A stretch of 42,089 nucleotides of DNA from Bacillales bacterium (GTDB taxonomy: Bacteria > Bacillota_I > Bacilli_A > RFN20 > CAG-826): NCBI GenBank assembly GCA_028726925.1, contig JAQYPI010000120.1, forward strand, positions 1 to 42,089, given 5' to 3'. The first letter of the stretch is position 1. Each line of letters opens with the position of its first letter. The notes beneath the pieces are model-generated. The model was not told the DNA's origin, did not search any database, and saw only the letters and a list, made by a program, of their open reading frames with translations. Below are positions 8,158 through 15,311 of this stretch, in pieces. A program made the position numbers and the translations under genes.

Positions 8158-11100
8158 ATGCTGGCCCGTCAATTCCATCCCGACCTCGTCAAGGATCTCC
8201 TCGAAACAAAGGATTCCTCGGAAGTGACCAAAGCTTTTTTCGATGCCCTTCAAAGCGGGAAGGCAACGGTTTTTTTCCGTCTGCAAGAAAATCAATCCAT
8301 CCTTTACGAAGCGATCTATGACCGCGTTTACACCAATTGCACCGTCTATGTCGGCGGGAAAGTAACCTTTTACAGTTTCTTGCCCGACATCCCCCCGGCT
8401 TTCGCCAAAACGCTCGCCCTTTACGTCTATCTTCGCGATTCTTCCTCAAGCGAGGAGGAACTCGCCCTCCGTTATGGCTCGAACTACGCCTCCCTTGCCC
8501 GTATGGGATCATTGAGCGGGAAGGAACTCGAGGTTTTCTTGAACGCCAAGAAAGCCATCGCGAGCCTTTCGCAAACCTTGGAGAAAACCCGCATCGACCC
8601 GCCAAGCCGAAAAGAGTCCTCGCCTTCGATCGACCCTCATCTCCGCCTTTCAATCACCCGAGATGGCAGCGAGTTCTATCTTGATCTCGGCGTCCAGGGG
8701 AACGCGTTGCACAGGATTCCTTCCGTCAAAGCCTTGGTTGAGAAAGTGAATTCCGGTGCCCTCCTAGCAGAAAGAGGAGGGGCGTATGTCGATCTTTCGA
8801 TCGATCGATGGAGTCAAGAAGACCAAAAAGTAATCTTCTTCCTGATGGGATTGCACGCGAAAGCAAGCGCCTCTTATTACTATCGCGATCCCTCCGTCTT
8901 GAACGAAGAGCAATTCGTCCGCCTTCTCCTTTTGTGGAAAGGTCGCCTCATCGATTATGAAGGGGATGAGACCGAAGTCGATCCGGAAACGCATTCCATC
9001 GTGGTCTCTTTGGACGATGAAGGACGCATTGTCCGGGAAGGCAGCCATTCCCGGCCGATCGCAGTATCCGGCTTGACGGTCGCGCATTATTCCGGAAGGC
9101 GCCACCTCTTGACGCTTTCGCGTTTCAAGAACGCCCAAGAAAAAGCGTTGTCCGATTTCTTGGACGCCCATCCTGATTTACCCTATGGCTTGCTGCAGGA
9201 AGAGATTTCAAGCGAGATCCTCCCGCGACTGAGGCCGGACGCCAACGTCTCGACCGAATTCCGGAAAAAAGCGCAAGCCTATCGGGCGGACATCGCATAT
9301 TACATCACCTATGATGACCAAAATAGCGAGGACGTGTATCTAAAAACCGAAACGAAATACGTCTGTAGGGGTCAAGAGATCACGAAAGAGGACTACCTTC
9401 TCACCCCAGGTGAGCATTATGAGTCCTTCTCCTCCGCGCTTGCCGCGTTTGGCCTTCCCGAGCAAGGAAGAATCAAGGATGAGCAAGAGATTGGGCGGAT
9501 CCTCGACTCGGATCTGACCCTCCTTGGTTCTTGCTGTGCCCTTTACCTATCCGACAACATTTCACCGAGCCTCGTGAAACACAAGGCAAACATCACCCTT
9601 CGGACCAAAAGCGACGTGGATTGGTTCGAGGTTTCTTATTTGAGCAACGAGCTGAGCATCGAGGAAGTGAACGCCATTCTCAAGGCTTATCGGAAAAAGA
9701 AGAAATACGTGCGCGTAGGTTCCTCTTATTTCGCCACGGACGACCAAGCCCTCGCAAGCGCGGTCGAGACATTCGGCGTGGAGGATTCCTCCGATTCCTT
9801 AGAAGCCACGAGCCGGAAATTGCCGCTATACCAAGCTCTCAAACTCCAATCGGGAACGGGCTTGAGGGTTGATACCGACCGGGAGCTGGAACGTCTTTTC
9901 CACGACCTTCTTCATTATTCTTCCATCGAGGTATCGCTAACCCCCACGATGGAAGGGGCCCTTCGCCTCTATCAGCTTGAGGGGGTCAAATGGATGGTGA
10001 ACCTCGCCCGCCATGGGCTAGGGGGAATCCTCGCAGACGACATGGGCTTAGGGAAAACCCTCGAGACCATCGCCGCCCTCCATTCCCTCGGGGAAAAGGA
10101 GCCCGTACTCATCGTCTCCCCGAAATCGCTCATCTACAACTGGAAAAGCGAATTCGCGAAATGGGACCCGAAACGCCCGGTAACCGTCATCGTCGGCAGT
10201 AAAAGCGAACGGACCGCGATCGTGCATGGCATCCCGAAAAGCGAAGGGGCCGTCTACATCGTTTCTTACGACTCCTTTCGGAACGACGAGGACCTCTATA
10301 AAAATATCGTCTTCTCAAGCGCGATCCTCGACGAGGCCCAATCCATCGCGAACGTTGGCGCCCAAAAAACGCGAGCAGTCAAGACCATCAACGCCGAGCA
10401 CCGCTTCGTCTTGACGGGAACCCCCATTCAGAATTCCTACATGGATCTTTGGTCCATCATGGATTTCCTGTTGCCCGGGTATCTCGAGGGTTACAAGGAA
10501 TTCCGCATGATCTATTCCTCATTTGGGGATCAAAAAGAGGCGGAAATCGAGAAACTCGAACGGGAAGTCGCACCTTTCTTGCTCCGCAGGACCAAAGAGG
10601 AAGTCCTCAAGGAACTGCCCCCGAAAAGTGAGGAAGTCCTGGTCGTCACCATGGAAGAGAAGGAAAGGAAGATTTACGCGGCCTACCACGAAAACGCGGT
10701 CCTTTCCTTGCGCCAAGTCGGGGAGGACGGAAGGCAGAAAATCGCCTTGCTCGCGGAACTCACCCGCCTTCGCCAGCTTTGCGTCGACCCATCCTCCTTC
10801 CTCGAGGATTTCCATGACGTCTCCTCCAAGCTGAGCCAAACCCTCTCGATGATCGAAGTCGCCCGGCAAGGAGGGCATAAAGTCCTCGTGTTCTCGAGTT
10901 TCGTGACCGTCCTCAAACACTTGCAAAGCCTCTTAAACGAGGGGGACGTCCTATCGTATTTGATCTATGGAGACACGCCTGCGCAAGAGCGTTTGGAGAT
11001 TGCCGACGAGTTCAATGCCTCCAAAGACCCGTCGGTCATGCTCGTCTCCTTGAAGGCGGGCGGGACCGGTCTCAACCCGTGGGGGCGGACATCGTCATCC

Positions 11101-11330
11101 ACCTCGATCCTTGGTGGAACGTGGCGGCGGAAAACCAAGCGAGCGACCGCGCCCATCGCATCGGGCAAACGCGTCCCGTTTCGGTCTACAAACTCGTTTC
11201 CCAAGGGACGATCGAGGAAAAGATCATCGAGCTGCAAAACAAGAAAAAGGGCCTCACGAACATCCTTCGCGTGGCCGACGGAACCGGCAATTCCCTCACG
11301 CAGGAAGACATTGACTTCCTTTTGCGATAA
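8158..11330 (+). pseudogene. SNF2-family helicase with an N-terminal SNF2-associated region, disrupted by a 1-nt frameshift near 11077 (real or an assembly error)
   Basis: Motifs DDMGLGKT (I), DEAQSIAN (II), LTGTPIQN (III) and SLKAGGTGLN (V) are in the frame of 8158. Motif VI QASDRAHRIGQ and the natural C-terminus ...DIDFLLR* are in the frame of 11079-11330. Confidence 0.85.
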
Positions 11331-11347
11331 ACTACCGGGGTTTCCTC

Positions 11348-11938
11348 ATGAATGTCGATATCCTAACCATGATTCTCACGAGCGTCTCGATGTCCGTCGA
11401 CGCGATGACCGTCAACGCGACCAACGGCCTCGAAGAGAAAACAATCAAGCAAGGCAAGATGGTATTTCTCTCTTTCCTTTTCGGCATTTTCCAATTCGGG
11501 ATGCCCGTTCTTGGGTATTTCGTCGGGCAAACTTTCGAACAATACGTTTCCGCCTATATCCCTTGGATCGGCTTTGGTCTTCTCATGCTTCTTGGCCTCA
11601 AATCCCTCGTCGATTGGATCAAGGAGACCGTTGAGCGGAAAAAAGGCGGTTCCGAAGAACCGCGCGAAAAGGAAATCGGTGTCGGGAAGATGCTCGTGGA
11701 AGCCATCGCGACTTCCATCGACGCCCTCTGCATCGGGTTCGCCTACATGTGGTTGCCCATCGGGGAAGCCATGCTTTTCTTCGGCGTCATCGGGATCACA
11801 ACTTTCATCCTCAGCTATCTTTCGATTCTCTTGGCCAAATGGCTCGCGAAATGGCTTCAGAACTGGGCGGGTTTACTCGCCGCGGCCGTCTTCATGGGCA
11901 TCGCCATCAAGATCCTTCTCGAGGGCCTTTTGCCTTGA
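11348..11938 (+). CDS. mntP: Manganese efflux pump MntP (DUF204 repeat protein)
   Basis: Two DUF204-type half-repeats (SVSMSVDAMTVNATNG and ATSIDALCIGFAY), six TM segments, about 196 aa. Confidence 0.8.
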   Translation: MNVDILTMILTSVSMSVDAMTVNATNGLEEKTIKQGKMVFLSFLFGIFQFGMPVLGYFVGQTFEQYVSAYIPWIGFGLLMLLGLKSLVDWIKETVERKKGGSEEPREKEIGVGKMLVEAIATSIDALCIGFAYMWLPIGEAMLFFGVIGITTFILSYLSILLAKWLAKWLQNWAGLLAAAVFMGIAIKILLEGLLP

Positions 11939-12490
11939 GGCCATCTTGAGGGGATCCCCTTGCGTGGAACGGATGGTCCGTAAAAGAGGGATGCTCAAGA
12001 TCGCGACGGCGGCGCAGGAAACGATGCTCGAGACGATCCTGAGCCCTAAAATTGGCAAAGTGACCGCGAACGAATAGCCGATGATCCAGGCATCGAGGAA
12101 TTCCACGCCCGCGTTCACGAGGGTGACGAGCAAGCCCGCGATGACGCTTGCGATGGCATAGAAAACGATATGGAGATCGATGTGGTCTCCTTTTTTTCGG
12201 AACGGCAAATCGAACAAACCGAGGATCAATGCGCGGAACGAGGGGGACCAAAGCCATAACGGGGTGGTCGGCCCGATGCCATAGGATGAAGTGAGCTGGA
12301 TAATCGTTTCGCCGAGCAAAGCGACGATGAGGCCATCGGCCATGCCGAAATAGCACGTCGCGAACACGACGGTCAGGCCTGAAAAAGCGATGTGGATGGG
12401 CCCTGCCTTGATCGTGAGCTTCGCCAAGACGACGAAGATCCCGACGAGCATCCCATCCATGCACATGCGGCGGATTCTCGAATTTCCCAT
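11873..12490 (-). CDS. folT: Folate-family ECF transporter S component
   Basis: About 205-aa six-TM protein (..AFSGLTVVFATCYFGMADGLIVALLGETIIQL..). It lies directly downstream of a THF riboswitch. The start was trimmed to the ATG at 12490, which has AAGGAG 7 nt upstream. Confidence 0.8.
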   Translation of the reverse strand: MGNSRIRRMCMDGMLVGIFVVLAKLTIKAGPIHIAFSGLTVVFATCYFGMADGLIVALLGETIIQLTSSYGIGPTTPLWLWSPSFRALILGLFDLPFRKKGDHIDLHIVFYAIASVIAGLLVTLVNAGVEFLDAWIIGYSFAVTLPILGLRIVSSIVSCAAVAILSIPLLRTIRSTQGDPLKMASRQKALEKDLDGDAHEDGRGE

Positions 12491-12541
12491 AATCAATCTC
12501 CTTGATCTGGGAGGTTTATGCCGCAACAACGAAAGAACGTC

Positions 12542-12637
12542 CCAAGCGGCTGCGACGTGACACCGCGGAGGAATTCCTCCTTCGTCCTTGGGCGACCTCC
12601 CATCCCAAGGCACTTAACGCATCACATCTACTCTTGG
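12542..12637 (-). promoter_or_regulatory. THF (tetrahydrofolate) riboswitch, class I, in the folT leader
   Basis: The minus strand reads CCAAGAGUAGAUGUGAUGCGUUAAGUGCCUUGGGAUGGGAGGUCGCCCAAGGACGAAGGAGGAAUUCCUCCGCGGUGUCACGUCGCAGCCGCUUGG. The conserved blocks AGUAGAUG, GCGUUAAGUG, GGGA.GUCG, ACGAAG, GCGGUG and GCA.CCGCU all match the THF aptamer as I recall it. Compensatory helices are P1 CCAAG/CUUGG, P3 CCUUGG/CCAAGG and P4 GAGGAAUUCCUC. Confidence 0.85.
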
Positions 12638-12674
12638 ATTGCGGCGTCTCGACATCTCGAGACGAAAATAGCAT

Positions 12675-12716
12675 AGCAAAGAAAAGGAAAGGGAGCGAGC
12701 CTTTTAAGCCGCCCCC
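12675..12716 (-). terminator. Candidate rho-independent terminator ending the GT2/membrane-protein unit
   Basis: Minus strand GGGGGCGGC-TTAAAAG-GCTCGCTCCC (two G-U pairs), followed by TTTCCTTTTCTTT. Confidence 0.4.
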
Positions 12717-12722
12717 AGAACG

Positions 12723-13277
12723 TTATCGTTCGTCTTCAGAAGTTTCTTGGACGCCTGCCCCACTCTCCTCTTTTTGAACCGTCGTTTCTAAAGGTTCCTC
12801 GACCGCGGATTCCGCCTCCGCTTTCTCGATTTCCTCCAATAGCATGGGGACGGGGTGCTTGAAATGGTAGATCGCCTCGAAGAGATAGACGATCGCGTAA
12901 TAGAAAAGGGCGATGCCGAGGGCGTAACGGAAATAGACGACCCCCTCCTCGAGCCAAACCCAGCCTTTCACGAAAGCGAGGATGTCGAAGACGACGACGG
13001 GTAGGGCCATGGGGAAAACGAGAACCTTGTCGAGCATCGAGTTCTTCTTGCGGCGCTTCTCGGAGATGAGGCACCAAACGAAATCGGCAATGAGCCAAAG
13101 GCCGCCGAGCAAAGTGACAATCGAGAAGACCCAGCGCTTCCAATCGGCGACCGTGATGACCTCGAACAGGAACAAGGGGCCGAGCACGGCGAACAAGACG
13201 GCGAACACGAGGAGTTCGCCGCTATAAATCAATTTCATCTTCGTGAGATCATCCAGCTTTTTCTTCATTGTCGTCAT
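12723..13277 (-). CDS. Hypothetical four-TM membrane protein with an acidic C-terminal tail
   Basis: Four hydrophobic segments and a tail of EEIEKAEAESAVEEPLETT...ETSEDER. Its start overlaps the upstream GT2 gene end by 29 nt. Confidence 0.7.
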   Translation of the reverse strand: MTTMKKKLDDLTKMKLIYSGELLVFAVLFAVLGPLFLFEVITVADWKRWVFSIVTLLGGLWLIADFVWCLISEKRRKKNSMLDKVLVFPMALPVVVFDILAFVKGWVWLEEGVVYFRYALGIALFYYAIVYLFEAIYHFKHPVPMLLEEIEKAEAESAVEEPLETTVQKEESGAGVQETSEDER

Positions 13278-14676
13278 TTCCTTTCTTTCCCATCTTCCGC
13301 ATCTCTTCTTCTCGCAAGTCCTTGCTATCCTTCACGTAATGGTGATCGATGTGTTTCCACTTCGGCCGGATGAAGGCCGCCATCGCCGCGAAGAGGGGGT
13401 CCACGACGTTATAAAAGGGGAAGAGGACCGAATAGAGGACGGTTTTCCAAAGGGGGAGGAGGAAGTGTTTCCATTCGCGGATGATGACGACGAGGTTGAT
13501 GAAGAACCCCGAGATATAGGCTCCCGCGAAAAGGGTAATCACGTAATTGAGGAACGAAGACCAATTGAAATAGCCGGAATCCCCCATCGCGAGGAAGAGA
13601 ATGATGCTCGTGACCTGATAGAGGAACCCGACCCAGAAAAAGACGAAGCTGAGGGGGAAAGTCTGCCAGAAGATGTCGTATTTGCTCCAGGTCGGCTTCT
13701 TGAAGAAGCTTTTCAGGAGCTTTCCGCCATACATCCGGAACGCCAAGAGGCCGCCTCTTGCCCAACGGACGCGTTGACGCCACAAGAGTTTGATCGTGGT
13801 CGGCTGCTCTTCGTAGAACACCGCTTCTTCCGTGTAGCCGGTCTTGTAGCCGCGGGTCGTGAGATCCATGACGGTTTCGAGGTCCTCCGTGAGGGAAGTC
13901 CATTTCCACCCCCCGTCCGCGAGGACATAAGAACGCAAGGTCGTGGAAGGCCCGTACATCTCTTGGGCGGTATTGAGGATGGAACGAGCCCTGAGCCCGT
14001 TCACGGAATGGCCAAAGGCCTGGACGCCGCACATCGCGGAAATCCAGTTCTCGGAAAGGTTTTTTGAATTGCGGTACGCGACGCATTCATCGGCGCCGGT
14101 CGCTTGGAGGAAGTTGTTGATCTTCGTGATGTAGTCCGGGGCGGGGACGTTGTCCGCGTCGAGCGTAGTGTAGGCGTAGAAGGAGGATTCGAGATCCATC
14201 TCTTTGGCCATCTGCTCCACGAGGAAATGGAGGCCGAATCCCTTGGAACGCTGCGTCGGGTCGTGATGCTCGTAGACATGGGCACCGCATTCCCGGGCGA
14301 TACGGGCGGTGTCGTCCGTGCAGTTGTCCGCGACCACGAAAATCTCGATGAGTTCTTGGGGGTAATCCTGGTTTCGGATGCATTCAATCAGGTTCGCGAT
14401 GACCTTCTCCTCATTCCACGCGGTGATGATGAACGCATATTTCTTGTCTTTGGGGGCTTCCGGATAACGACGGCAACGGCCGAAAACGCCTAGGATGAAA
14501 TAGACGGCGCGATAAGCGGTGAAGATCCCAAGCAGCGCGAGAAAACCGGAAAAAACGGCTTGGAGATATCCTTGAACGGGGACGGCTTGCCCCTTGTTCA
14601 AGGAATCCATGATGATATCAATTCCGAAGAACCCGTAGATCCACTTAAGAATCGCTTGCCAAATCTCTTGCCACAT
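13249..14676 (-). CDS. Membrane-embedded processive family-2 glycosyltransferase (PgaC/IcaA/cellulose-synthase-like)
   Basis: Motifs FIITAWNEEKVI, VVADNCTDDT, TLDADN, TEDLE and the processive-synthase motif QRVRWARG. TM helices flank the catalytic domain on both the N- and C-terminal sides. Confidence 0.9.
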   Translation of the reverse strand: MWQEIWQAILKWIYGFFGIDIIMDSLNKGQAVPVQGYLQAVFSGFLALLGIFTAYRAVYFILGVFGRCRRYPEAPKDKKYAFIITAWNEEKVIANLIECIRNQDYPQELIEIFVVADNCTDDTARIARECGAHVYEHHDPTQRSKGFGLHFLVEQMAKEMDLESSFYAYTTLDADNVPAPDYITKINNFLQATGADECVAYRNSKNLSENWISAMCGVQAFGHSVNGLRARSILNTAQEMYGPSTTLRSYVLADGGWKWTSLTEDLETVMDLTTRGYKTGYTEEAVFYEEQPTTIKLLWRQRVRWARGGLLAFRMYGGKLLKSFFKKPTWSKYDIFWQTFPLSFVFFWVGFLYQVTSIILFLAMGDSGYFNWSSFLNYVITLFAGAYISGFFINLVVIIREWKHFLLPLWKTVLYSVLFPFYNVVDPLFAAMAAFIRPKWKHIDHHYVKDSKDLREEEMRKMGKKGNDDNEEKAG

Positions 14677-14724
14677 ACGGGCTCTATTTTACTTAGAATG
14701 CCCTATAAGGGCAATCGGAGGAAA

Positions 14725-15294
14725 TCACTCCCCCTGAATGAACTTTTTCCCGCTTGCGAAGGCCGGGGCGACTTTCTCCCCGATCCTGCGATACGAATGA
14801 CTGAAGGAGTCGTAGCAAACCGCTTGGGCGAGGTCGAGATCGAATTTGCCGTCCGCGTTCAAACAGCTTTCTTCCGCGAGCACTTCGACAATCTTGCCAT
14901 AAACCATCCCCGTTTCGGGATCCTCGTGGTCAAGGAGACAAACCATGGCAAACGGGAATTCTTCGATGACCGGGGCATTCGCCTTCGAGGAAGGGGAGGC
15001 GTGGAAGCCGACCCTTCCGAGTTTGTCCTTGATTTCCTTCCCAGAGGCGATGCCGAAGAAATCGGCCTCGGCAGCCGTGCTCGCAGTCGCGAAGGACAAG
15101 GTGAAAGCGCCGGTCCGATGGAAATTCTCGTTCGTCTTGTGGTCGGGGCTCAGGCATACGCCGACAAGGTCCGTGTCGATGGGGCATCCCCAGGCCGCGT
15201 TCATAACGTTGACGGTGCCATCCTCGTTATAGGTGGCGATCAAGATGACGGGGCAAGGATGCACCGCGGCGGAGATTCGATACGATTTTTTCAT
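14725..15294 (-). CDS. Flavin reductase-like (flavoredoxin) domain protein
   Basis: AVHPCPVILIATYNEDGTVNVMNAAWG... is typical of the FMN-binding split-barrel flavin reductase family. The start was trimmed to the ATG at 15294. Confidence 0.85.
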   Translation of the reverse strand: MKKSYRISAAVHPCPVILIATYNEDGTVNVMNAAWGCPIDTDLVGVCLSPDHKTNENFHRTGAFTLSFATASTAAEADFFGIASGKEIKDKLGRVGFHASPSSKANAPVIEEFPFAMVCLLDHEDPETGMVYGKIVEVLAEESCLNADGKFDLDLAQAVCYDSFSHSYRRIGEKVAPAFASGKKFIQGE

Positions 15295-15311
15295 ACATGG
15301 GTCCTTTCTTT

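Noticed and set aside
6705-11330. SWIM plus SNF2 as a novel phage-defence system.
   Set aside because: This domain association has been known since the SWIM domain was defined. No nuclease, methylase or other defence partner is adjacent. The flanking genes (xth, mntP) look like housekeeping genes.
11200-11347. A yybP-ykoY (Mn2+) riboswitch upstream of mntP.
   Set aside because: Only 17 nt separate the SNF2 stop from the mntP ATG. The preceding sequence is conserved SNF2 coding sequence, and I saw no yybP-ykoY-like conserved blocks.
11331-11634. The extension of the 8158 ORF to 11634 (1158 aa), running across the mntP start.
   Set aside because: After about 11077 the translation is nonsense (PWGRTSSSTS...). 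It exists only because the frameshift removes the natural stop. The conserved C-terminus and its stop are in the other frame, ending at 11330.
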